A stretch of 64,000 nt of DNA from Candidatus Hydrogenedens sp. (GTDB taxonomy: Bacteria; Hydrogenedentota; Hydrogenedentia; Hydrogenedentales; Hydrogenedentaceae): positions 192,001 through 256,000 of the forward strand of contig JBMFRC010000003.1 of the NCBI GenBank assembly GCA_049968235.1, given 5' to 3'. The notes below the pieces were generated by a model. That model was not told where the DNA came from. It saw only the letters and a list, made by a program, of their open reading frames with translations, and ran no database searches. Of this stretch, positions 48,685-57,842 are shown one piece after another (within the stretch, counting starts at the first letter, position 1; each line of letters begins with the position of its first letter). The position numbers and the translations under genes are program-made.

Positions 48685-49728
48685 TTATGAACTCCGGTGT
48701 TTGTCTTGTGAAGAACAATGCAGTTTATTATTTAAAGTATCCGTGGACCTCTTCTTCGCACAAAGAGACGGAATGGATTGTTCCACCTGTGGATTTTTAC
48801 CTTTCTTCTCAAAATATTCGCGTATTACCTTTTGAGAAAAACTGGGCTCATATTTATTATAAATTTCAAATCGTTTTTGCACTTCGGGTAGATAAAATTT
48901 GTTGCAATATTTCTTTTCCAGGATATTCAATACAATATGTTTTCGCATTGCCCAGAAATGGGAATTATTATATGACTCGTCAAATCCGGGGGTTATATAA
49001 TTTCTCAAATCTATCTGCCGAACCAATTTCCATTTTCCATCTATCCGCTCAATATAGGGAGGTTTCCCTCCACATAGGTCTCGTGCTAAGCAAAATCCTT
49101 GAAAATTTGCCTCCAAATCACCATGAGAGAATATCCCATCAACCAATTTTCCGACGAGATTATCTTCATGCACAATTCCCCACATTACAACTTTTTTCAT
49201 GGCTTCCTCCTCAGTGTATCCTTCCCGCAAATGACGGCAATATCTCTGGTAGTATCTTCTGCCAAAGCCCAAAAAGTGGCACATTTTATCTATACCGAAA
49301 TATACATCTCCTACGCGTATCGTTCGAGCCATAGGTAAAAAGAAATAGGGAAAAGCAAATCCCCGGTGTATACTCATTTTCAAATAAGTTTGCTTGCCTA
49401 TACTAAGGTCGGGGAATTTTTCAATCTGTGGGTCATGGCGTATGAATGTGCGTAAACGCGACCAGCCGAGGAATTGAAAGAAATGGTAATAAATGGCAAT
49501 GGTTAATTCCTCCGGGTCTTCAATTGGCTTTGTCCGTTTATTGACCTCATCAAGATATTTCGATAAAGTCTCATTAAAATAGCAATTCAGTTCATCTGCA
49601 GAATCTTTCAATTCAATACCCCAGGTTAGATATTGGTCTGTTTCTGCACTATAAGAAACTGATAAAATAAACAAGTTTAGAATGGCAATAGAGGAAATAA
49701 AAACAGATTTTTTCATAACACCACCCAA
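48685..49728 (-). CDS. Secreted hypothetical protein
   Basis: Signal peptide. No family was recognised. His- and Asp-rich segments (CHFLGFG...HEDN...SHGDLEAN) could indicate a metal hydrolase. Confidence 0.35.
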   Translation of the reverse strand: MGGVMKKSVFISSIAILNLFILSVSYSAETDQYLTWGIELKDSADELNCYFNETLSKYLDEVNKRTKPIEDPEELTIAIYYHFFQFLGWSRLRTFIRHDPQIEKFPDLSIGKQTYLKMSIHRGFAFPYFFLPMARTIRVGDVYFGIDKMCHFLGFGRRYYQRYCRHLREGYTEEEAMKKVVMWGIVHEDNLVGKLVDGIFSHGDLEANFQGFCLARDLCGGKPPYIERIDGKWKLVRQIDLRNYITPGFDESYNNSHFWAMRKHIVLNILEKKYCNKFYLPEVQKRFEIYNKYEPSFSQKVIREYFEKKGKNPQVEQSIPSLCAKKRSTDTLNNKLHCSSQDKHRSS

Positions 49729-50006
49729 AATCTTCCATATAAATTAAATTTTTTCAAGTAAAATATTTTAACAAAATAAAAGCAGATTAACAATTTGTTA
49801 AATTACCCGTTATAAATCACATAAAAAATGTGCCGAAGTGATGGTCCCCGAAAAAGTTCCCACAGATTATTTTATAGGTATTGTAGTTTTTTGTAAATCA
49901 GCATTGGATAAACTTATAGAACTATGTCCGTATACATGTAGAAATAAATTAGAAAAAATGGTTACAAATAAGCCTTCACACTTTTTATTTTGAGAGGTAG
50001 GGACAA

Positions 50007-50453
50007 ATGATTTCATATATATCCAATTGCAATGTTTTTGAAAGTTGTGCAGATGCCCTAGTTAATCCTGAAAATTGTAAGGGCGTAATGGGTAAAGGGA
50101 TTGCCCTCGAATTTAAGAAACGTTTCCCTGAAATTATGCAGATTTATAAGGAAGTTTATAATAATAAAAAACTGGCTCCGGGGATTCTTCTATTCTTTCG
50201 TGTTGAATTTCAACTCGATTTGTGTGAGGTGAAGAAACCTGCTTTGATTCTTTTCCTAACGAAAAACCGTTGGAGAGATAAATCAAAAATGGAATGGATA
50301 GAAAAGGGGCTTATTTTCTTAAAAGAACATTATAAAGAATGGGAATTAAATTCTGTCACAATGCCTCAAATTGGTTGCGGTTTAGGCGGATTATCTGGGA
50401 GGCAAGTAAAAGTTGTATCGAAAAATATTTTGCAGAGTAACCTTTACAGATAG
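50007..50453 (+). CDS. Standalone macro domain protein, Macro_2 (DarG/TARG1-like ADP-ribosyl glycohydrolase) type
   Basis: ADALVNPENCKGVMGKGIALEFKKRFP matches the ALVN.VNC.GVMGKGIA..FK..FP signature of DarG-type macro domains. It is 148 aa. Confidence 0.5.
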   Translation: MISYISNCNVFESCADALVNPENCKGVMGKGIALEFKKRFPEIMQIYKEVYNNKKLAPGILLFFRVEFQLDLCEVKKPALILFLTKNRWRDKSKMEWIEKGLIFLKEHYKEWELNSVTMPQIGCGLGGLSGRQVKVVSKNILQSNLYR

Positions 50454-50526
50454 AAGTATACATCAAGAACGCGATTCCCAGAGATGGTAAGTAAGACTAA
50501 ATATTAATTCTCTGATGTAAAAAGAG

Positions 50527-50610
50527 TGCCGGAGAGGGGACTTGAACCCCTATGCCCTTGCGGGCACATGGACCTGAACCATGCGTGTCTGCCAATTCCA
50601 CCACTCCGGC
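50527..50610 (-). tRNA. tRNA-Leu (anticodon CAG)
   Basis: Cloverleaf read by hand: acceptor GCCGGAG/CTCCGGC, anticodon stem CATGG/CCATG with loop TTCAGGT, long variable arm, T-loop TTCAAGT, discriminator A. CCA is not encoded. Confidence 0.85.
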
Positions 50611-50777
50611 AGATGAATAGCATGTTGAATATTTTAACGGATAAACTCGTTTTATGTCAAAGACCATGTATAGGTTTTGTAAAAATTTGTAAAAATGTGA
50701 AAAGGGAGGTTATCCTCAGCTATGATGTGTTTTGAGATTTTCATGTATTTTTGATATAATATTATCTCTTTTATGGC

Positions 50778-50853
50778 GGACGGGTAGCTCAGGTGGAAGA
50801 GCATCGGACTTTTAATCCGGTGGCCGCGGGTTCGAGTCCCGCCCCGTCTACCA
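50778..50853 (+). tRNA. tRNA-Lys (anticodon UUU)
   Basis: Acceptor GGACGGG/CCCGTCT with a G-U at position 1, D-stem GCTC/GAGC, anticodon stem TCGGA/TCCGG with loop CTTTTAA, T-loop TTCGAGT, discriminator A. CCA is encoded. Confidence 0.85.
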
Positions 50854-50897
50854 TTATGTAAAAATAGTAGGTAAATAAAAAATTAAAAAAGGAGGAT

Positions 50898-51608
50898 TTG
50901 ATTATATGTCGTTTATTAGGTGTAATTGCTAACAAAAGTGTAAGTTTTGGATTTTCATTCAGAAAATTTAAGGAATTCGGTGAAAAGAATCCGCATGGTT
51001 GGGGTGTCGGTTGGTATGACAGTTCCGGCAAAGCAAATATAAGAAAAGAAGGTTGCTTCTCAAAGAAAAGTAAAATCTATGACGATATATCTGATGTCCA
51101 TTCTCATTTAATTATCGAACATGTGCAATATCGCACAACTGGCTCTGTGTGTGAAGAAAATGCTCATCCTTTTATATTCGCCAACTGGATATTTGCACAC
51201 AATGGTTTTATAGACCATGATTCTTTATATGAAGAAATTGAACCTGATTATAGAACTGGATTAAGAAAAGATTGCACGGATTCAGAGGTATATTTCCGTT
51301 TCCTTTTGCAAAATATAAACAAGCAAAATGGTGATACCATTTTAGGTATTCGCAATGGATTAAAAGAAATTATTGGTAGCAACAATTATGGAAGTTTAAA
51401 TTTCCTTCTTTCAAACGGACAATACTTATACGCCTATCGCAATGGAATGGAACTCTCCATGCTTAAACGGTTCTATGTTAATCCCCATGGCAATAAAGAA
51501 TTTCAGGCACTCTCAAAGGAAACGCAGTTCCTTATAAAGAGCAAATCTCTAAACCGAGAAAAGGCGGTAGTAATTTGTTCTGAATCTATATCGGACGAAG
51601 CTAATTGA
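50898..51608 (+). CDS. Class II (Ntn) glutamine amidotransferase, YafJ-like (GATase_4); the real start is probably ATT (50901) or ATA (50904)
   Basis: ..ICRLLGVIANKSVSFGFSF aligns with YafJ MCELLGMSANVPTDICFSF. The catalytic Cys codon is 50907-50909. An in-frame stop lies at 50868 and GGAGG at 50891-50895. No in-frame ATG exists upstream of the Cys. Confidence 0.65.
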   Translation: MIICRLLGVIANKSVSFGFSFRKFKEFGEKNPHGWGVGWYDSSGKANIRKEGCFSKKSKIYDDISDVHSHLIIEHVQYRTTGSVCEENAHPFIFANWIFAHNGFIDHDSLYEEIEPDYRTGLRKDCTDSEVYFRFLLQNINKQNGDTILGIRNGLKEIIGSNNYGSLNFLLSNGQYLYAYRNGMELSMLKRFYVNPHGNKEFQALSKETQFLIKSKSLNREKAVVICSESISDEAN

Positions 51609-51753
51609 GAAGGAATAGGCCAGGGAGAATTAATCGTTATTGGTAACAATCTTAATATCACCAGAGAACAGATATACTAAAATTTACATAAAAAGTTTAT
51701 ATACACTTTTATTATTTAGTTTAAACAGCAGGGCCGGATTGTCAAAATAATAG

Positions 51754-51783
51754 AACAGGGACAAATGGATATTTGTCCCTGTT
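51754..51783 (-). terminator. Perfect 12-13-bp palindrome hairpin downstream of the ilvB-like gene
   Basis: aacagggacaaat-gga-tatttgtccctgtt. On the minus strand it is followed by ctattatttt. Confidence 0.45.
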
Positions 51784-51810
51784 GAATAAGGGTTCTTGTT
51801 TCAGATATAA

Positions 51811-53640
51811 CTAAAATGCTTCTGCAAATGCATCTGATGGTTCTGGCGGTTCTTCTTCTACTTTGGGTACCTCACGGGTTTTAATGAAAGGACCTGTTAC
51901 CATGTCTTTGTATCCCATACCGGGACCCACCATTGGGAAAACGAGAGCTTTTTTATCAACCACAACCTCAAGAAAAGCGGGACCGTTATCGAATTTAATG
52001 AACTCCTCAAGTGTTTTATGAAGTTCTTCACGATGTGTAACACGCTTTGAGAACTTAAACCCATCCGCTTCCGCAGATTTGACAAAATCCTTTTTATGAA
52101 GGGATTTATCCGTGCCGGAAAATCGTCCTTCAAAGTAGAGTGTTTGCCATTGAACGACCATACCATCACCGTGATTGTTCAACAACAATATTTTAACGGG
52201 TATATTGTAATTCGTGCATGTTTCCATTTCACCAAAGTTCATTCGCAGACTTCCATCTCCATCAATATCAATTACAATTTTATTAGGTTTTGCCAGTTTA
52301 GCACCTATTGCCGAAGGTAGCCCAAATCCCATCGTTCCCATACTACCTGAGGTAATATAGGTTCGTGGATGTTTGATATGGAGATACTGTGCGGCGAATA
52401 TCTGATGTTGACCGACGCCTGTGGTGAAGATGGCTTCTCCTTTTACAATATCATTTAACGCTTCTATGACTTCTGCGGGCTGTATTTTTTGAGCGTTACG
52501 GTCGTAGTTTAATGGGAATTCTTTTTTCAATTGTTGAACATGTTTAAGCCATGCATCATGCTTTAAGGTTATATTTTTCCCATATTGCATGAGCGATTTC
52601 AATGCCTTGCCCGCATCGCAGACATGCGACCAGACCACAGGTTTGACTTTACCTATTTCCGCTGCATCAATATCGATATGTAAAACTTTTGCGTTCGGAG
52701 CAAACTCACTGGCTAATCCTGCTACACGGTCATCAAACCGTGTTCCCACAGCAATAAGCAGGTCACAATCTAAAACGGCATAATTCGCATAGGCTGTTCC
52801 ATGCATACCTAACATGTGCAGACAAAGGGGGTCATGTGTATTCATTGCTCCGATACCCATCACTGTGGTTACAACTGGGATACGGAACATTTTCACGAAT
52901 TCTTGTAATATGTGTGAAGCATTACTGGATATAATTCCGCCGCCAACATAAAGCAGAGGTCGTTTCGATGCTTTCAAAAGGGCAAAAAATTCTTTTGCCT
53001 CATCGGGAGTAATCTCGTTCTCGTTAATTTTTTGCATACGACTTTGATACCCATGAAGAGGGAGTAAACCTTTCCCTTTAAACACACATTCGTAATTCTG
53101 AACATCTTTTGGAACATCGATAACTACGGGACCGGGTCTGCCCGTTCGTGCAATGTAAAAGGCTGTTCTAACAATCTCCTCTAATTGTTCTGGCTCTTCC
53201 ACTAAAAATACATGTTTGGCGCAGGAGGACATTAAATTAAATACAGGTGCTTCTTGAAAGGCGTCTGTGCCCACAGCGGAGCGAGCCACCTGACCACTAA
53301 TCATAACCAGTGGTATAGAATCTGCCATCGCATCTCGTATTGGCGTAGTTGCATTGGTAGCACCGGGACCTGAAGTAACTAATAACACACCAACCTCTCC
53401 CGATGCGCGGGCATAACCGGATGCCATAAAACCGGCTCCTTGTTCATTTGCCGGTACAATCAAATTTATGGGATGTCCTTTATGTTCACGATTCCAGCGA
53501 AAAATGGCATCATAAGTTGGTAATATCGCACCCCCACTATAACTGAAAATAACCTTTACCCCTTCATCAGCAAGCACCTGTAAAATTATCTCTGCCCCTT
53601 TCATTTTCGTACCTGCCAATTCATGCTTTTTTGTAACCAT
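51811..53640 (-). CDS. ilvB: Acetolactate synthase large subunit-like thiamine diphosphate enzyme, with an acidic Pro-rich C-terminal tail
   Basis: 609 aa with TPP enzyme N, central and C domains (GDGSLRMNFGE...NN TPP-binding motif). No adjacent small-subunit gene. Confidence 0.8.
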   Translation of the reverse strand: MVTKKHELAGTKMKGAEIILQVLADEGVKVIFSYSGGAILPTYDAIFRWNREHKGHPINLIVPANEQGAGFMASGYARASGEVGVLLVTSGPGATNATTPIRDAMADSIPLVMISGQVARSAVGTDAFQEAPVFNLMSSCAKHVFLVEEPEQLEEIVRTAFYIARTGRPGPVVIDVPKDVQNYECVFKGKGLLPLHGYQSRMQKINENEITPDEAKEFFALLKASKRPLLYVGGGIISSNASHILQEFVKMFRIPVVTTVMGIGAMNTHDPLCLHMLGMHGTAYANYAVLDCDLLIAVGTRFDDRVAGLASEFAPNAKVLHIDIDAAEIGKVKPVVWSHVCDAGKALKSLMQYGKNITLKHDAWLKHVQQLKKEFPLNYDRNAQKIQPAEVIEALNDIVKGEAIFTTGVGQHQIFAAQYLHIKHPRTYITSGSMGTMGFGLPSAIGAKLAKPNKIVIDIDGDGSLRMNFGEMETCTNYNIPVKILLLNNHGDGMVVQWQTLYFEGRFSGTDKSLHKKDFVKSAEADGFKFSKRVTHREELHKTLEEFIKFDNGPAFLEVVVDKKALVFPMVGPGMGYKDMVTGPFIKTREVPKVEEEPPEPSDAFAEAF

Positions 53641-53729
53641 TGTGAAACTCCTTCTGTATAGGGTTGATATTTATAACAATTGAAAGTTATTTTTTATTTG
53701 AAACAATAGATAGATAATTTTAAAGTTAA

Positions 53730-53760
53730 GGCGCCGCAGAACAGGAATGTCTGCAGCGCC
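53730..53760 (-). terminator. Hairpin downstream of rpsA
   Basis: ggcgccgcag-aacaggaatgt-ctgcagcgcc with one mismatch. On the minus strand it is followed by ttaactttaaaatt. Confidence 0.35.
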
Positions 53761-53794
53761 GAAATTTTCAATCTCCGCACTTTTCTGTGGGAAT

Positions 53795-55663
53795 TTATTC
53801 AGCAGGCGGAGGTTCTTCCGCTGGCGCCGCAGGTTCCGGCGCCTCACCTACACCTACCTCTGGGTTCTCCTTTGTATGAATTAATTCTTCCGCTACTTCT
53901 TCAATAGATTTTCCTTGTTGAAGAAGTTCTGTCGGCAAAACATCTTTTAACATAGAACCGACATCCACAGGTTCACCTGCGGTATGTGTTTGCATAATTT
54001 CACCTTCAAGGTCTTTCTGATATTCGCGAATGCTCAGTCCGACTTTCCGTTCCACAGGGCTTATGCTAATAATTTTCGCCATAGCCCTCTGTCCAATATG
54101 AAGGAGATCTTCTGGACGCTGGACTTTCTCTAAGGACATTTCGCTTAGATGAATAAGTCCTTCGATTCCATTGTCCAACTTGGCAAAAGCACCGAAGCTA
54201 ACCAATTTTGTTATCTCTACTTCGACATGTTTACCGATGGGCATTTCTTCGACCAGTTCCTGCCATGGGTCGGGTTCTAATTGTTTCAAACCGACACTGA
54301 TTTTTTCCATTTCGGGGTCAATACTTAGTATCTTAACTTCCAATTCCTGGTCTTTGGTTAATACTTCTGCCGGATTGGTAATTTTCTTTGTCCATGAAAT
54401 ATCGCCTACATGCAGAAGTCCATCAATACCTTCTTCAATCTCAATAAATGCACCATAATCCATTAAAGCACGAACATGACCTTTCACCACAGACCCTTCC
54501 GGATATTTTTCCGCCATTAGTTTCCATGGATTGGGTTGTGTTTGTTTCAATCCTAAGGATATTTTTTGTTCTTCGGGGTCTACATGAAGCACCATAACAT
54601 GGACTTCATCGCCAATATTCAATATTTCAGATGGATGCCTGACTCTGCGTGTCCAACTCATTTCACTAATATGTATCATTCCTTCAAGTCCATCGTCCAT
54701 CTGAATGAATGCACCATAATCTGCAAGGCTTATCACGGTACCTGTAACAATAGAACCTACAGGATATTTCTCCTGGGCTGTTAACCACGGATTAGGCGTC
54801 TTCTGTTTCAAACCGAGACTTACCCGATGTGTATCAGGGTCATAGGTAAGTACCACCACATCAATCTTTTGCCCAATCTTTAACATCTGATGTGGATTTT
54901 TCGGTCTTCCCCATGTCATATCGGAAACATGGAGTAAACCATCTAAACCACCTAAATCAATAAAGGCACCGAAATCGGTGATGTTTTTCACTTCGCCCTG
55001 AACAATAGCACCTACCTTAATAGTTTCTAACAATTGTTTACGCTCTTCTTCTCTACGTTCTTCTAAAAGTTTCCGATGACTTACCACCACATTACGCCGC
55101 TTCGGATTAAGGCTCAAAATGCGTAATTCTAACCGCTTTCCAACAAACTCGTCAAGGTCAGCAATGGGTCTTGTGCTAACCTGACTTCCCGGTATAAAAG
55201 CATCAACACCAATATCCACTTTTAGACCGCCTTTGACCTTTCGAATAACGGTTCCCTCAATCACACCCTCTTCTTCAAATACTTTCTGGACATATTCCCA
55301 GTTCTTGATACGGTCTGCCTTCGTTTTGGATAACACAGGCATTCCTTCTTCGTTTTCCGGAACCTCAATGTAAAAGTCGTATGTGGCTCCCTCTTTCAAT
55401 TCGGAACGGTCGGGAAAATCCGTTATTCTGACAACACCTTCACTTTTATAACCAATGTCTACCAGAACACGGTCGTCCAGTATTGCAACTACTTGTCCTT
55501 TTATTACCTCACCTTCCTGAAAATGTAACATTCCCTCCTGGAGAAATTGGTCCACATCGGGTGCTGTCAAAAAAGAATTTAACTCTTCTTTTAATGACTG
55601 TGACAACGCCTGTGTTGCCATTTCATCCACTTTTGCATTAAGTTCTGAATACTTATAACCCAT
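53795..55663 (-). CDS. rpsA: 30S ribosomal protein S1 (six S1 domains) with a Pro/Ala/Glu-rich C-terminal tail
   Basis: Repeated S1 domains (G.V.G.V..I.DFGAF..L....GL.H.SE.S). Confidence 0.9.
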   Translation of the reverse strand: MGYKYSELNAKVDEMATQALSQSLKEELNSFLTAPDVDQFLQEGMLHFQEGEVIKGQVVAILDDRVLVDIGYKSEGVVRITDFPDRSELKEGATYDFYIEVPENEEGMPVLSKTKADRIKNWEYVQKVFEEEGVIEGTVIRKVKGGLKVDIGVDAFIPGSQVSTRPIADLDEFVGKRLELRILSLNPKRRNVVVSHRKLLEERREEERKQLLETIKVGAIVQGEVKNITDFGAFIDLGGLDGLLHVSDMTWGRPKNPHQMLKIGQKIDVVVLTYDPDTHRVSLGLKQKTPNPWLTAQEKYPVGSIVTGTVISLADYGAFIQMDDGLEGMIHISEMSWTRRVRHPSEILNIGDEVHVMVLHVDPEEQKISLGLKQTQPNPWKLMAEKYPEGSVVKGHVRALMDYGAFIEIEEGIDGLLHVGDISWTKKITNPAEVLTKDQELEVKILSIDPEMEKISVGLKQLEPDPWQELVEEMPIGKHVEVEITKLVSFGAFAKLDNGIEGLIHLSEMSLEKVQRPEDLLHIGQRAMAKIISISPVERKVGLSIREYQKDLEGEIMQTHTAGEPVDVGSMLKDVLPTELLQQGKSIEEVAEELIHTKENPEVGVGEAPEPAAPAEEPPPAE

Positions 55664-55892
55664 GATTTAAAAAACTCCTTTCGGAAAAAAATATCCTGTT
55701 GTAAAAACAGGTAATTAATTATACTATTTTTATATAATTAAACTCAAATATTGTAAACAATAGTTTTTCATAATAAAAACAGATGATTTTTTATCGCGTT
55801 ATCCTTGTCTGTTCCTATGGAACTTCTTTATACCAGAAGTATTATAGTAATAAAGAAATTATGTGTTAAATTAAAAATTAAAATAAAAGGGA

Positions 55893-56114
55893 ATGAAAAT
55901 GAACAAAAACTTACTCTTGAAAATTGTAAACTCAATCCTATTACTTTTATTTATAAGTCAGGCATGTTCAGGTCTTTTTCATCACGCACTCTCTCATAAA
56001 ATGTTTGAAGTTATCCATGAGGGAGGAGGAATTGTTTTGGTTATAATGTCCTCTATACACCTTATTCTCAATTGGAACTGGATTCGTAACAACTTTTTGA
56101 GGATAAAACAATAA
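55893..56114 (+). CDS. Small two-TM membrane protein (DUF4405-like)
   Basis: 73 aa with two hydrophobic segments and an LNWNW motif. Weak. Confidence 0.25.
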   Translation: MKMNKNLLLKIVNSILLLLFISQACSGLFHHALSHKMFEVIHEGGGIVLVIMSSIHLILNWNWIRNNFLRIKQ

Positions 56115-56143
56115 GAAAAAAAGACTTTTTTACCGAGTATTTT

Positions 56144-56821
56144 TTACAGCACGCGTTCAAGGTAGATTTGGCGTAATAATTCCGCTTTTTGACGGACGCC
56201 TTTCTGGAGAATTTCGTTAGCACGGGGACAATTTGGATTTTTACGCAGTGCTGTTTGTGCGGATTCAAGTTCGCGGTCAATTATGGAGACAGACCGCAAT
56301 TGGCGAGAAAAATAACCTGTATTGTTCCTAAATATAGGGGATAAGGCAGACCCTAACAATTCTATCTCATGCCAGATATCTTTTTCTGGATTTTTTTCAA
56401 CAGGAGTCTGAACTTTGGGTGTTGCCATTTGAACGGGGAAACCTGTTTTTCCCGTGGTATCGTCGAACAAAGAAGGATTGTAAGAAACCCCGAAAAGAAT
56501 ATACCCAACCATAAGCCAGATGGATAAACAAACTGCAACCAGGACCCGCGAATGTTTCTTTACGGGTATTGTGTTTTGTTCCATTTTTTGCTTCTGTTCT
56601 CGAGCCCGTTTCAGGATTTCTATTGTTAATTCTTTGGGTGGGTCAACTTTGGGGGCGGAGTTTAAAAACCGTAACGATGAACAGATAGCATCCACTTCAG
56701 CAGAGCATTGGGGACATTGTGTTAAATGTCGGGCTATGCCGGAAAAGATAGGTCCACTTCCGTCTACTAAAGATTCAGCGTAAGTAATTAATTGCGTTCT
56801 TGTTGGATGTTTTAGCAACAT
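56144..56821 (-). CDS. Anti-sigma factor (zf-HC2-like N-terminal domain, single TM, periplasmic C-terminal domain)
   Basis: ARHLTQCPQCSAEVDAICSS H-x3-C-x2-C motif, a TM helix (VLVAVCLSIWLMVGYILFGV), and position immediately downstream of an ECF sigma gene. Confidence 0.5.
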   Translation of the reverse strand: MLLKHPTRTQLITYAESLVDGSGPIFSGIARHLTQCPQCSAEVDAICSSLRFLNSAPKVDPPKELTIEILKRAREQKQKMEQNTIPVKKHSRVLVAVCLSIWLMVGYILFGVSYNPSLFDDTTGKTGFPVQMATPKVQTPVEKNPEKDIWHEIELLGSALSPIFRNNTGYFSRQLRSVSIIDRELESAQTALRKNPNCPRANEILQKGVRQKAELLRQIYLERVL

Positions 56822-56912
56822 GATATTTTTCGTATATTTTACTTCATATCCAAAATTATTTTATCGTCACTATAATTAATCCGAAACCTGCGCCCAAAGT
56901 TTCGTAAAAAAA

Positions 56913-57617
56913 CTATTGTTCCGTCAAATATTCACGAAAATGTTCTAAATAAGGTCTCAAGGCTCTTTCTGCACGAAGGACCCGCGTTTTTGCTGTCCCC
57001 AATGGCACATCCAGAATATTTGCAATTTCCTCATAAGACAATTCCAGGAAACGGCGTAAAACAAAGGCTTCCCTTTGCCGTTCGGGAATCTTTTTCAATG
57101 CATTATTAATCGCTTCTGAAATTTCTGTGCATTTTGTATCCCGCCATACATTCAGATGAGGGTCAGCATGATGTTCTACGGGATTCCAATTAGTGTCATC
57201 TTTAGAACTGTCCAGAGAATGCCACCATTGGGAAAGGCTAAAAAAGCGGGGTTTCCGATTTTGTTTGCTCCATTCCTTTGAGACAATATTACTGGCAATG
57301 GTATATAAATAAGTACTGAATTTCGCCGTTGGCTGGTAGCGTTCCGCACTGGATACTATTGCCATAAAAACCTCCTGAGTGAGTTCTTCTGCAATGTGCC
57401 AGTTATGGACCATGCGGAACATATAATTAAATATACTCCGTTCATATCGACGAACCAATTCCCCAAAAGCCTCTTCGTTCCCTTCGCCAAAAATAAGCAT
57501 CAAATCCTCATCGCTCCAATCCGTGAGCGGGACAGCCCTCTCCTTCAGCCGAAGAACGTTTTTTTGCTCTGGCGTTACTATCTTAAAAGGAACAATATTT
57601 TCACGATGACTGTTCAT
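56913..57617 (-). CDS. ECF-subfamily RNA polymerase sigma-70 factor
   Basis: Sigma-70 region 2 (FGELVRRYERSIFNYMFRMVHNWHIAEELTQEVF) and region 4 (REAFVLRRFLELSYEEIANILDVPLGTAKTRVLRA). Confidence 0.85.
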   Translation of the reverse strand: MNSHRENIVPFKIVTPEQKNVLRLKERAVPLTDWSDEDLMLIFGEGNEEAFGELVRRYERSIFNYMFRMVHNWHIAEELTQEVFMAIVSSAERYQPTAKFSTYLYTIASNIVSKEWSKQNRKPRFFSLSQWWHSLDSSKDDTNWNPVEHHADPHLNVWRDTKCTEISEAINNALKKIPERQREAFVLRRFLELSYEEIANILDVPLGTAKTRVLRAERALRPYLEHFREYLTEQ

Positions 57618-57842
57618 GTAGCCGTATCTTTTTTGTTTTATTATATCATTCCATCAAATTTCATTTCTAACAAAATAAGAAAATGCCTTTATAATCCATT
57701 ATATTATAACGATTAAAAACAATCTCTTATTTAATTTAATGTATTAAGGTTGTAAATTAGTTTCATAATTTGTATAATAGAAAGTCTCTCTATATTTTTT
57801 TACAATTTGTGCGGATAATTATTACAGTTTAACGGAAGGTTT

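Noticed and set aside
50789-51031. 80-aa ORF on the minus strand overlapping tRNA-Lys
   Set aside because: It overlaps a well-formed tRNA and the 5' end of the amidotransferase gene on the opposite strand. It is spurious.
57618-57842. Purine or ZTP riboswitch upstream of purO-purB
   Set aside because: The AT-rich leader shows no recognisable purine-riboswitch junction (U-rich J1/2, the conserved loop pair) or pfl-motif elements on inspection. It is most likely an ordinary promoter region shared divergently with the ECF sigma gene.
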